Assembly (NCBI GenBank): GCA_951406725.2
Contig: OX597825.1
Span: 55,862,001 to 55,926,000, forward strand
Direction: 5' to 3'
DNA: 64,000 nt
Origin: Octopus vulgaris
Taxonomy: Eukaryota
Position numbers and translations under genes: made by a program. Position 1 is the first letter of the stretch. Each line of letters starts with the position of its first letter. Positions 13,944 through 26,520 of the stretch are shown in pieces. Under the pieces are notes generated by a model that made no database searches, had not been told where the DNA came from, and saw only the letters and a program-made list of their open reading frames with translations.

Positions 13944-14259
13944 GTCTTCATTGTCCATTACTTCCTGTTTGTCCTTTCTGAAGCTAACTTTTCTTCCTTT
14001 TACCAAGTAAATGTTAATATATTCACACATACTCATATGTATCTTTATGCACAACATGCATGGTTATGTAGATAATATGCGTTTCTCTGTGCGTGTGTGT
14101 GTGTGTGTGTGTGTTTTTATGGGTATGTGCTAAGAATTTCGTCATCAGCTTAGTTCCACTACGTGACACTTTATGTAAAGTGTCGTAAACAAACTCACAC
14201 CGGCTGAGATAGCCTTGTGAGTGGATTCAGTAGGAAGGAAAGAGTGAACAAAGCCAGTC

Positions 14260-14295
<36 letters not shown>

Positions 14296-15143
14296 TTATA
14301 TATATAAAACTGAGAATATGTGTGTGTCTGTCTGTCTGTCTGTCTGTGTGTTTCCCTAAAACTACACAACCAATTTCATTCAAATTTTACACCTGCCTTA
14401 CTTAGGGTCCGGGGAGTATCATCGGCAAAAATTTTTTTTAATTTTTTGCCTAGGGCAAGCCCACAGCAATATCATATCTTCTCCACTACGATTCCCTAAA
14501 ACATGAGAACTACACAACCAATTTCATTCAAATTTTACACATGCCTTACTTAGGGTCCACGTAGTTTCATGGGCAAAAAAAATGTTCAACTTCTTGCCTA
14601 GAGCGAGCCCATAGCAATATCATATCTTCTCCACTATTTCAGTATTACGTGTTAAAAGTGAAACAAAAACATTTCTCTATTTTATGTCAGATACTTTCAC
14701 TTTAACAATGAAAATAATAATAACAATTGAATTATACGTAGTAAGTAATAATTAAAATCAGACTAAAGTATAATATAATCGTAACATAACAAAAGTAGAA
14801 ATAGCAATTGGTATAAAATTACATCAATGACTTGAACTTGAATAAGTGGTTTCACATGAATGGGAATAAATTAAAAATAAAATTAGCGTGCAGAAATGGA
14901 ATAGTCCAGATGGATAATAAAACATTAAATTAAAGAAAAGACTATTGTCTATAAAGTATACAATGTAGAGAAAAAAGGTCGCGTTTTTTTGCGCTCTGTA
15001 AAATTCGGTTAAAAAAGAAAAAACAACAAAAAGTGAATTGTGGTTGCGGAATTGGAACGTCGGTTGGTGCGGTTTCGCGTCGCACTGGTTCTGTGCGTCG
15101 CACGTTTTCTGTTCGGGAGGCCGTTTTTCGGTCTGAGGCGACT

Positions 15144-16508
15144 ATGAGCCGCCTCTACCAAACGGATGAGATGGAAGGGAGAAATTTCTCTGAAAATTCG
15201 TCGACATCTGAGGAGGAGTTGGCGGTGAAAAAAATGGAAAGCACCTATGCAGGTATAACGAAGAAGTCAACAGAAAAAGAGATAGACCTGGCTAAGTTGA
15301 CGGACTTCCAGGAGTTCATGAAGGAGGAGGAGAACGGAGAGGTTGAGCTGTTGCCTCTAGCAGGGCGCGGAGACTGGTTCCATCGTAGAACCATTAAATA
15401 TAAAGTATTTATGAATGGAGGTAGAAAAATGGAAGTGATTAACATGGAAGCAATTGAAGAGGCTTTCAAACGGACAGGAGAAGAAATTGTGTACATGACA
15501 AAAGGATTAGAATATGGAACCATAACGGTACAATTTAAAAGTGAGAAAGCAGCCAGGAATATAGCAGCCAAGGTGGTGAGTACAGAAAAGTTTTACTTGT
15601 TCCCCTCGTATTTGAATAGAAGGACCACCAGAATTAGGGTGGAAGGAATACCTCCACACCTAGAGGGCGAATTAATAACGGCTGCGGTTATCAAAGGAAA
15701 TGAAGATAAAGTGGACATCCTCCACGCCATTATGAAATATGAAGGCGTGAGAGGTGCCACACTAGTAATGAACATACAGACGGAGGCGGAAGTTATAGAA
15801 AAGCTTACGGACAGTATAAAAACTGGAAATATTATTATGAGAGTGTGGGTGGAGGGTAGGGCGCCCAGGTGCTACAAGTGTGGCATGAGGGGTCACATAA
15901 GAGCCTACTGCCCTCCACCACTAAAGGAAAAAGAAAAGGAAATCGTCGCGGAAGCCCCAAAAGAGGAAGAAACCAAAGAGAACCAAAGGGAAAAAGAAAC
16001 GACAGAAGAAGAGGAGATGCAACAAGAGTGGGAAGAAGGAAGAAAAAAGAGAAAAAGAAAGAAAAAGAAAAACTGTGCGAAGCCCCAACCCACCCCAACA
16101 CCACCCGCACCCTCTGAATCCCACCCTTCCCCTGCAGACAGTGAACCCACCCGCTCCCCTCCAACAAGAAAACAAAAGAAAAATAACAATACAGACAGAC
16201 AAGAGTTTGAAAACGAACCCAGGCCGAACATTTATATTGTGACTGAACAGAAAGAGGTTGAAAGGGTAATGGAGGAGTATGAATGGTATGAAATGGATGG
16301 GACCAGATATGCAGTGCTGGAAAAGAAGAATATAGATGAGTTTGTGTTGAGGTGTGAAAGGGAGAATTGGGAGGTGAAAGATACAAGAATGAGCGATGAA
16401 TTCGTGGAATATATGGAGGACAGTTTCGGAGTAAGAATGGATATGGATGGTCTTCGTATTGGGAATGAACATTCAGGTGACAGTGAAAACAAAAGGACAG
16501 GTAAGTGA
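15144..16508 (+). CDS. Gag-like / non-LTR retrotransposon ORF1p (L1/Tx1-like) with CCHC zinc knuckle, 454 aa
   Basis: Uninterrupted ORF from ATG 15144. STYAGIT N-terminal motif, RRM-like RIRVEGIPP region, CYKCGMRGHIRAYC (CX2CX4HX4C) at 15870-15911, acidic/basic/Pro-rich tail, CpG-rich leader at ~14970-15143. Confidence 0.85.
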   Translation: MSRLYQTDEMEGRNFSENSSTSEEELAVKKMESTYAGITKKSTEKEIDLAKLTDFQEFMKEEENGEVELLPLAGRGDWFHRRTIKYKVFMNGGRKMEVINMEAIEEAFKRTGEEIVYMTKGLEYGTITVQFKSEKAARNIAAKVVSTEKFYLFPSYLNRRTTRIRVEGIPPHLEGELITAAVIKGNEDKVDILHAIMKYEGVRGATLVMNIQTEAEVIEKLTDSIKTGNIIMRVWVEGRAPRCYKCGMRGHIRAYCPPPLKEKEKEIVAEAPKEEETKENQREKETTEEEEMQQEWEEGRKKRKRKKKKNCAKPQPTPTPPAPSESHPSPADSEPTRSPPTRKQKKNNNTDRQEFENEPRPNIYIVTEQKEVERVMEEYEWYEMDGTRYAVLEKKNIDEFVLRCERENWEVKDTRMSDEFVEYMEDSFGVRMDMDGLRIGNEHSGDSENKRTGK

Positions 16509-16655
16509 TGCTGGCGGAGGGGGCCGTTAGCATCGCTTTCATATTATCATTTTTTCATTTTCATTTGCTCATAAATTTAATCATATTGTTCTATGTCCCC
16601 CATGTTTTGTTATGTCCGCCATTCTTCGTAGCCCCTGGTGGGTAATAAAGAAATA

Positions 16656-16965
16656 ACATGGAGGAAAGCACCTTCGAAAAGTGTCTTGGTGCGACTATGA
16701 AAGATATCTAATCAGAGGCGGTAAATTTTCCTCAATAGAAGCAAGGTTCGAGTCAACGGAGCGTGCAAGGGAGTACTCGACTCGAACTTGCAAAGTGGAA
16801 ATATTTTATTTTTACCTCTATATCTGGGACGTAGGACGTCCCGGAAAAAAATTAAAAATGCACCCCCCCCCCAGAAGTAGAGGTAGGCTGGAATGTAGCC
16901 ACACTTCTATACAAGAGGGAGGACAAGATACAATTGATCGAAATTACAACAGACGGGCTAACAAT
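16656..16965 (+). pseudogene. Frameshifted fragment of a paralogous ORF1
   Basis: NMEESTFEK..YLIRGGKFSSIEARFESTERAREY..LYLGRRTSR..PEVEVGWNVATLLYKREDKIQLI aligns by eye with NMEAIEEAF..YMTKGLEYGTITVQFKSEKAARNI..SYLNRRTTR..PHLEGELITAAVIKGNEDKVDIL. Confidence 0.7.
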
Positions 16966-17157
16966 TCCAGTCTGTTATATATGTTGAGTATTGTTATCAC
17001 TAACGATATCAAGATATAACTTTGTATTTTGTATCTTATGTGTAGATGTATATATATATATATATATATATGTACATGTAATATGTACACATATATATAT
17101 ACACATATATACATGCACTAGCATTATGAACCGGCAACGATGGGTCTTTAATGCTGG

Positions 17158-17193
<36 letters not shown>

Positions 17194-17219
17194 GTGTATG
17201 CATGTATATATATATATGT

Positions 17220-17405
17220 AAATCGCTAGCCACTATACGTTCTTTATTTTCTCTCCTTGTTTCTTTCTGTGTTCCTTTCTGTGGAAGAGCGTAGGCTCGA
17301 AACGTTAAAGGCTTTTTCACTTCCCGAGCATTATACTAATACATATGCTTGTTGTCTACACCACCTCTCTTCGTCTTTTGTTTTTTTTGTGTGAATCCTC
17401 CCCAC
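17220..17405 (+). mobile_element. Penelope-like pseudo-LTR fragment
   Basis: CTGTGGAAGAGCGTAGGCTCGAAACGTT; homologous to 2068-2245 and 12250-12400. Confidence 0.6.
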
Positions 17406-17449
17406 TATATATATAATGCATATTTATATGTCACCATATATAACACTAC

Positions 17450-18218
17450 CATCCGGTGTCTTGAATGCCTTTACTATGTAGCAAGAATTATGCCTCAACG
17501 GCTGTCTAATATTAGGACGGGCCTCAGAGATTTCGGATCGGTGTCGCTGGAAGAGAGGCACCCGACAGCTTTTGTTAAGGCATGTCTCTAGGAGAAGTTC
17601 ACTCTACGAAACAACTTATGCGCAGAATGGCAATGGAAATTTTGCGAGTCTTTTGTCTCTGCTTGAGATCATTCCTACATTCCTTAGTCTACGACCCATA
17701 ATGGCACTCCTACATTGCTGGGTCTATGACCCATAATGGCACTGGATATTATGCACTGGTTTATTTCCGGATCGCGTCAAAAGGGCGGAGAGGGTCTGTA
17801 GGGTCGTGTGCAAGCCTTATTGGACCTAAATACTTTTGGTTGTGCCATCGCCGGCGAGGCATCTATCCCATTCTCAGTTGAGCAGGAGGACTCCGCAGCA
17901 TGCTAGAACGCCACTGACGCGAACCTGGGTGAGATCGGCTGCTAGTGCAATAACATCATGTACTGACATTGCTAGCATTTTCTGCGGCTAGAGGTCAGTG
18001 ATAGTCATCTTTCGTCACGAATGGACAGCTATCATACACATACATACGTACGTACGTACATACATAAATACATACATACACACATACTCATATACACACG
18101 CATACATACATACATACATACATACATACATACATACATACATACATACATACATACATACATACATACATACATACATACATACATACATACATACATA
18201 CTTACATACATACATACA
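17450..18218 (+). mobile_element. Probable RTE-type retroposon 3' portion with (CATA)n tail
   Basis: Terminal GTCATCTTTCGTCACGAATGGACAGCTAT, resembling RTE 3' ends, followed directly by (CATA)n. Confidence 0.4.
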
Positions 18219-18789
18219 GAAGAAATAGCGAGGGATTATCAATCCGGGCAAAATACTTCATAAACTCTCCATTGGCACATCAGCTTAACAATATTACTTA
18301 GATTAGTGAAGAACTCCAGGTAATATTTTGGTAGGGTTCTAGGTTATGGTTCATCACAACTCCATATTGTAAATCCGTGGATGGGCTCCGATAAACTGTT
18401 AGTGATATAAACTGTTAGTGTTATATAAAAAAATCAAGTTAAAAATAATGGTCAATACATATAATTCCTTCATTTTAGCAAATTTGGCTTACAGCTGTTT
18501 CCAGTAGTCATTATAGGTACATTACTAATAGATTCACTCAATTGGTCTATTGATCAATAGAGGCAAATTGAACGACCTAAGAAAATTAACGCTACTTTCG
18601 TCAGACCCATTTCTGGCTCTAACAAGCAGAGCCGTTGACGAATGCACACAATAGCCATTCCTCAAGATTGTGTGCATTCCTCAATTGGTCTGTTTGTTAG
18701 AGCTAGAAATGGCTCGGACAAATTTGCTCTAATGAAGTAATTATTTGCAATGGCGATTATTTTTAACTTGGGTCATAGACACACACACA

Positions 18790-18855
<66 letters not shown>

Positions 18856-18954
18856 TACATACTTACGTACTTACACACCACAACATATATATACATGCAC
18901 ACATACACGTATGTGTGTGTGTGTGTGTGTGTGTTTACTTTGGACGCAGTGAAC

Positions 18955-19420
18955 ATAAAATGAACGAAAACATGGGTGTGAGAAATTTCAACAAATGTAT
19001 TAGCTTAATGTTCGCAAGAAAGGGGAAGAGTCATGACGTTTTGGACTCTAGTTCTTCATCAGAAGGAAAATATAAGGAAACAAGGGAAAGAGGTGAGCGA
19101 AAGAAAAGGATGGGTTGGTGGGAAAAGCCGGACGAAAGGGTGATGTTAAGACGGAAGGAGAGGCGGGTTGGGCGTATAGGAGCGTATCAGGTTATTAAGT
19201 TAAGCTTTGGAGTTGTTCTGTGGAGTGTAAGTTTGTAGAGGTAATCAAGAGTTGGGGTGTAGTAACGAGGGATAGAGGTGGTGTAGGATGTTGGTAATTA
19301 TGTATAATCTTATTGTGTGCAACGAAAGGGTAGACGTGAAGAGGTGGCAACGGGGGCGATTCTAGGTGAAAAGAAAGTCAAGATGAAAGTGGAAGGTATG
19401 GTAGATGTGCGTACAGGGAA
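18955..19420 (-). mobile_element. Old Penelope-like relic
   Basis: Reverse strand reads TTCTGATGAAGAACTAGAGTCCAAAACGTCA...CTAATACATTTG, the same layout as the other pseudo-LTR copies. Confidence 0.4.
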
Positions 19421-19625
19421 ACATTAGTTAGAAAGACTGTTTATACTGCCATACCACTGCTATGCCACTGCCGTACCATGCGATCTTAGCTACAGCTAAT
19501 GGCACTATGAAGGTACGTGGCGGTGGTGATGAGGAGAACGTAAGTCAGTAAAGTCACACTAGGCTATCCAAAGACATAGTCTTCGTTGACACGTTAACGC
19601 TAATAACAGAGAATGATGTTTGTGA

Positions 19626-19676
<51 letters not shown>

Positions 19677-19848
19677 TGTGTGTGTGTGTGTGTATTATAT
19701 TGGTAGCTAGATCAATAAGGTTGGCGGTGGAAAAAGACAGAGCGAGAGAGAAGAGAGATGAGAGTGAGAGTGAAGAGTGAGGAGAATGAGGAGAGAGAGA
19801 GAGAGGTGAATGAAAGATAGGAAGAGCGACAGACACAAAGAATGAGAG

Positions 19849-19887
<39 letters not shown>

Positions 19888-19957
19888 ATCGAATGTCTTT
19901 GAAGGAAGGAAATAAAAAGGCAGAAAAAAGAAGTAGGAAAATAAAATATGTGTGTGA

Positions 19958-19997
<40 letters not shown>

Positions 19998-20019
19998 ATC
20001 CAGAGAGTGAGAGTGAGAG

Positions 20020-20059
<40 letters not shown>

Positions 20060-20599
20060 GAAGAGAGAGAAAAGAAGGAGAAAGAAAAGGAGATAAAGAA
20101 GGGAAGAAGTGGGAGACATCAACAGTATACTGTGTGGATTTTTATTAAATATTAATGATAGTAGTGGCCTACAGTAGTGTCAGAGAAAGGCAGTGATAGC
20201 AGCAGCAGCAGCGGCAGCAACAGCAGCAGCAGCAGCAGAAGCAACCCTATTACTGGCGATAGTAGTAGTAGTAGTAGTAATAGTAGTGGTAGTGGCGGCA
20301 GCAGCAGCAGACAACAGCGGTGGTGACTGTAAACCACAACAACAGCTACAATATTTTGCACTATCAGCAGCAATAATGGTAACAACAGTTGCAAGAGAAC
20401 GTTGCAAACAAACAGCACAACAACAACCGCAACAAGAACAACAGCAGCAGCACCGGCAGCAGCAACAACAGTAATAACTACTACTACTACTACTACTACT
20501 GCTGCTGCTGCTACTGCTGCTGTTGCTGCTGTAACTACAAGTATTGTATCGTCAGCGGAAGAATCACAGATATGAATAGAATTTGATATATTAGGATCC

Positions 20600-20659
20600 G
20601 CTATGTGTTTGTATATATGTATATATATACACACATGTATATATATATATGCCTATATG

Positions 20660-20725
<66 letters not shown>

Positions 20726-21256
20726 CATATATATGTGTATATATATATATGTATGTATGTATACATATATATATATATATTATATATTGTATATATATAT
20801 GTATATATATACATACACATATATATATACATATATACATATATATATATATATACATGTGTATATATATATATATATGTATACATATATATATCTATAT
20901 ATATATCTATATATATGTGTATGTACATATATATCTATATATATGCATCTATATATATGTGTATGTATACGTATATACTTACATGCATATACATATATAT
21001 ATATATATATATGTATGTATGTGTCAGTGTGTATGTATGTATGTATATATGTATGCGTACACATACATACCGCCATGCACACGTACGTACATACTCGTAC
21101 ATACACACATTATATACGCACATGTATGCACGTTTTCTACAAGCTCACACGTAACGTAGATAGAAATATAGGATAGATACTGGTGCATATACACGCAGTA
21201 ATGTCCAGAAACGTAAACATACTTACCCACGCACGAGCACCGAACTCTCTACACAG

Positions 21257-21331
<75 letters not shown>

Positions 21332-21383
21332 CGTCCGTCTCTCTTTCTCTCTGTCTCTGTCTCTCAGTCTCTATCTATCTCTC

Positions 21384-21432
<49 letters not shown>

Positions 21433-22097
21433 ATATGTATGTATGTATGTATGTATATACAAACACATTTATTTATATATATAGTATGTATATATATAAA
21501 AGCATACATACTGTATCATATATATATATATATATATACATACATACACACACACACACAAATACACACACACATTTACATACATATTCGCTCACAGCTC
21601 TAATTAATTTAATTAATGTTAAATACATTATTGAGCACTACCATCAAGAAATACCTTGCTTTAGATATAAATTCTATGTGGACCCTGATATATATATGTG
21701 TGTGTGGCACTGTTATCTACACATCAACACACCCACATGTAGTATTATATACTATATACCCACATACATGTATGTGTTTATGTTTGTATGTATGTATGTA
21801 TGTATGTATGTATGTATGTATGTGTGTGTATGGATAGATAGATAGCTGTGTACGTAGAGATATGTATATATATATATATATATATGAGAATGTATATGTA
21901 TGTATGAACATATATATGTTTATGTATTTATATATACATACTTGCTCATGTGTGTATATATATACATGCCTATATTCCTATATACACACACATGTACGCG
22001 ATGTCACATTCATACAAGCATTGAGAAAATAGCTGTACATGCCATCAACTCATATATATACATGAGACAACATGAGAAAGAGAAAGTGTATACATAA

Positions 22098-22147
<50 letters not shown>

Positions 22148-22530
22148 ACACGTATATATATACACACGTATATATATATACGTCCACGTACACACAAGCA
22201 CACACATGTATATATATATATACACATGTATACATCCACATACATGCATATGTGTAACTGTAAATATACACAGCAATCATATGAATGCATGTATGTATAT
22301 GTTACATATATATATATATATATACACTTACACAAGCAATCATACGTACACACATACATGCGTACGTAGATATACATACACACGTACTCACGTATTGACA
22401 TGCATGTATTTATATACACAATTGCCTACATGCACACCACACATACAATCATATATATATATATACACCCACACGTTTATATACATACATATATATATAT
22501 ACACACACAAATTTACACATACACATACTT
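20600..22530. repeat. Large (TA)n/(CA)n/(ATCT)n/(ATGT)n low-complexity field
   Basis: Visible directly in the sequence. Confidence 0.9.
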
Positions 22531-22819
22531 AAATCCATAATTTGTGTACACCGGCTGTGTTGGCGGTTATTGCTGTAGTTTATCCCCAAGCCAACCGTGA
22601 ATGAACTATAAAACATACCGAATGATTTCCAACTGTGACCTTCCCGTCGTTTGGTCACATAGCTATAATATATATTGGACCAAAATATCCAATATAATCC
22701 TTCTATACTTAAGACGTCAATGTATGAATAAAAGTGAAATTTAGCTGTTATTTTTAGCATATCGAGAGGATACATAAAGGAATCCTTTGTTGTGGATGTT
22801 AATATCTGTATGGTTAAGA

Positions 22820-23470
22820 TCGTTGTGGTTAACCCCCCAGAAAAGACCTGAGGCTAAACCTATTATCAAAGAGATTCCATAGCTGACCATTCCGTTTTTT
22901 CCTATATATAGATTCCAAAGACCTCATTATTCAAAGTCTCCTTTGCTAAGACGGTAATATAGAATTTCGGTTGGCTATTGTTTCTAGCAAGCAAAATGAC
23001 CGCATGAAGACTCCGTCCTTGTCTTGGTTGTGGAGGTGGTGATGGTGGTGGTGGTGGTGGTGGTGGTGGGGTGGTTGTTTTAAATGAGTTGGAGATGAAA
23101 TAGTAGTACTGTTTGTTCATTTGAGAAATCAGAGTGGTGGTGGGAGTTGTGTTTTTATGATGGCGATTGCAGTAGTGCTGTTATTGTTGTTGTTGTTGTT
23201 GTTGTCGTTGTTTAACCCCAGGACAACACCCTAGTCGAATAGATGTATGCGTTTATGCCGTTTCCATCGCGCCGTGACCATTCCGTCTTCTTAAATGACC
23301 AGGAGTGGCATGATTGAATGTGACTTTAAAACAGATTTGACTATTATTTCTAGGACATTGACTGACTACAAGGAGGCATCCTGCTGTTATTTTTGCTGTT
23401 GTTGTTGCTGTTAGTAGTAGTGGTAGTGGTAGTAGTAGTAGTGGTAGTGTTAGTAGTAGTAGTGGTAGTG

Positions 23471-23517
<47 letters not shown>

Positions 23518-23826
23518 GGTGGTAGTGGTGGTGGTGGTGGTGGTGGTGGTGTAGTAATATTGGTGATTGTTGTGGCGGTGCTGGTTCTGGTGGTGGTAGT
23601 GGTGGTGGTAGTGGTGCTGTGGTGGTAGTGGTGTTGGTGCCGGTGGTGCCGGTGGTTGTGGTGGTGATGTAATAGTAGTAAGAGTAGTGGGTGTTGTTGT
23701 TGTTGCAGTAGTAATACTGTTGTTATTGGTGGTGGGGGGGGGTGGCGGCGGTGGCGGCGGCGGCGGTGTTGGTGGCTGGTGATGATGGTGATGATGAGGA
23801 TGCTGAGGGTGAAGATGATGATGATA

Positions 23827-23862
<36 letters not shown>

Positions 23863-24160
23863 TAGTAGTAGCGCCTGTAGCGGTGATAGTTCCTGTGGTT
23901 GTCTCGTGGTAGTTATTGTTATGGTAGAAACGGCTGTCCCCCTCGCGGCAGCAGCGGTGCTGTAAGTGGTTTAGCCCAAGGTCAGCACAGATCGAACATA
24001 ATCAAAGGCGTTCCAGCCACGACATTCCCCCTTTCACTCTTTTTTTTTTTATTTCTCTAACATTGTCTAGGACTATATCCTGCAATGTGTCATTGCATTT
24101 TAAGACGTTTCTGTTCAATTCGAGGGAGATTTCGTCGCTATTACTAGCAGGCCGAGCAGC
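22820..24160 (-). mobile_element. Three relics of an older SINE-like family with (AAC)n tail (~22820-23010, 23205-23380, 23965-24160); further relics at ~26245-26410 and 29260-29400
   Basis: Recurring GTTTA(A/G)CCC.AGG...ATCAAAGGC.TTCCAGCC.TGACCATTCC...GATTTG.CT..TATTTCTAG. Confidence 0.5.
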
Positions 24161-24383
24161 TAAACACAGGTTCAATCGCTGGTTTATGGGGTGGTTGAAG
24201 AGATTTGTGTGTGTGTGTGTGTGTATGTGTGTGTGTGTGTGCGTGCGTGCGTGTGTGTGCGTGTGCGTGTGTGCGTGTGTGTGTGTGCATCTGCTGCAAA
24301 GGTGTATGCGTATCTATGTGCATGTGTTTGCATAGATCTGATCTATGTGGTGCATAATATTTGTGTTTGCTGCGTGCGTTTTA

Positions 24384-24419
<36 letters not shown>

Positions 24420-24481
24420 ATGTATGTATGTATGTATGTATGTATGTATGTGTATACGTATGCGTGTATGCGTGTAGTTAC

Positions 24482-24515
<34 letters not shown>

Positions 24516-24558
24516 CTATGTACAATCGTTCATACTCACACACATATATGTATACATA

Positions 24559-24590
<32 letters not shown>

Positions 24591-25039
24591 AGTGGAGGAT
24601 GGGGGTGTTTACAGAGGGAGGGACGGACAGAGAAAGAGAGAGAGAGGCAAACAGACAAGACAGACAGACAGACAGACAGACAGAGACTTATAGATGTATG
24701 TTTGTGCACGCGTGCATGTGTCGATGTGTATACGTGTTTTGTGTATGTGTGCCTCTATGTATGTATACAGGTGTTTCTGTGTGTCTCTGCAAGTGTGTAT
24801 GCGTGTGTGTGTGTGCGTGTGTGTGTGCGAGTGTATGAAAGCAAGGAGAGAGACACACACACGCACACACACACATACACACACATACACAATGAAAGAA
24901 AAAATGGAAAGAAAGAAAGACAGAAAGATTGAACGGTTGAAAGTAAAAAGAAAGAAAGAAAAAGAGAGCGGAGGAGAGGAAATGGTATACGTCACTACAT
25001 GAAAGGTGGGTGGGGTAAAACAACCGGGTGGTATAAAGG

Positions 25040-26520
25040 TGTGGGTGTTTCATACGGGTATTTTGTTTGTGTAGATGATTGGTGCGAGTGGTCTATATAC
25101 ACTGTGGATTATATACGAGTGTTGTTATATAACATACATGCTTTGTTAGAGATGACGTTCAGATTTTGGGTTACATACGGGTGGCTGGGTTATATATGGG
25201 CTATATACGGGCGGCTAGGTTATATTCGACTCTATGGGTTATATACGAATGTATGAATTACATATGGATGTGTGAATTTATATACGGGTGTGGAATTAGA
25301 TACGGGTGTGTGAATTTATATACGGATGTGTGAGTTTATATACGGGTGTCCAGGTTATATAAGTCTGCGTAGGGTATCTACGGGTTTGTAGTTTATGTAT
25401 AGGTGTATAGGTTACATATGGGGGTGTGAGTTATATACATGTATGCGGGTTATAAGACTGTGTGTGTGGGGGTTATATTCGAGTGTGTGGGATACATTCG
25501 GGTTGTAGTTTAATAACGGGTGTTGGTATATGTATGTGATACGTGTAGGGTTTGTTGATATAACGTAGACGGCTAGCTTCAGTTAAAACCAGACTAGTGA
25601 GTAATAAACGGGTGTTTATATAAGGTATTAAATGTCATTTGGGTAACAGATAGATTTAGCGGGTACCAAACGGGTGTATATATGGTGTGGAACATTTTGT
25701 AGAGTAAAACACATTTATGGAAGTAATGCATAAGTGTTGATATGGCGTGGAAGACCCTGCTGGGAGGAGAAACAAACTTTCAGGTAGAAAGGAAAGTGGG
25801 TGTTAAGTTCACGATGTTAACAGAATATTTGGATTAAATACAGGTGTTGATGAGATATAGTCGGTTTTGGTGAAAGTGCGTGCTCAGTATACGGGTATCT
25901 AGGATATATTTGAGTGTTCATGTCATAGGGTATTATGGAGTGGGTAGGGTATACGCGGTGTCTGGGTCACATACAGATATCGATTTAATGTAGAGAGTTT
26001 TGTTGGGATAAGATAAGTGCTACGTGAGTTATATACGGGTGCTGATGCTGTAGAATGCTTTTAAAAGAGAGTGGAATACGGGTGTTGGCGGGGTGAAGAA
26101 TAGCTATCTTTTCTTGTAGATAACGTAGAAGTTTGTGGTTTACATACGGGTATAAATGTGGTGGAGCAGGATTTCTAGAGATTACGTAAAGAATTCTCAC
26201 CGAGATACGGGTATTGCTGGTTAAAGCTGGTTGTACATGCTGCTGTTGTTTAGCCCTGGGTCAAATACGATCCAGCAAACTATTTTTCATTCAAAGCATC
26301 TATCTAGAATTACATTGTCTAATCTAATGTGTTGTTCTTTTTTAAGGCAGTATGATGTAATATGAGGGTGATTTGGCTACTATTTCTAGTAGTCAAGTGC
26401 CTACGAAAAGGGTAATTGTTGGCCCCGTTCAAATACAGCTATATGTGTAGTACGAAGAGAACCTGGATGACAACTAGTCGCATTGGGGTCTCATATACGG
26501 GTGGATAGGTGTATCATAGA
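25040..26520. repeat. Decayed minisatellite with ATACGGGTG core
   Basis: About 20 same-strand occurrences; ~18-20-bp period at 25280-25350. Confidence 0.65.

Larger units (their letters stand above)
14293..17157 (+). mobile_element. Non-autonomous Helitron (Lep1-like architecture) carrying internal cargo
   Basis: A|TC start, (GTCT)n near the 5' end, subterminal hairpin ACCGGCAACGATGGGT, CTGG|T (CTRR) end. 14310-14905 and 16889-17157 match the reverse complement of 45395-45844 and 44733-44988. Internal ~148-bp tandem duplication starting at 14361 and 14509. Confidence 0.8.

Noticed and set aside
15033-15143. GTG-initiated N-terminal extension of the 491-aa ORF
   Set aside because: Eukaryotic context; the first in-frame ATG is 15144 and the upstream part looks like a CpG-rich leader.
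20193-20474. Poly-A/V/Q ORF resembling a transcription-factor low-complexity region
   Set aside because: Compound trinucleotide tract with no flanking domain or splice signals.
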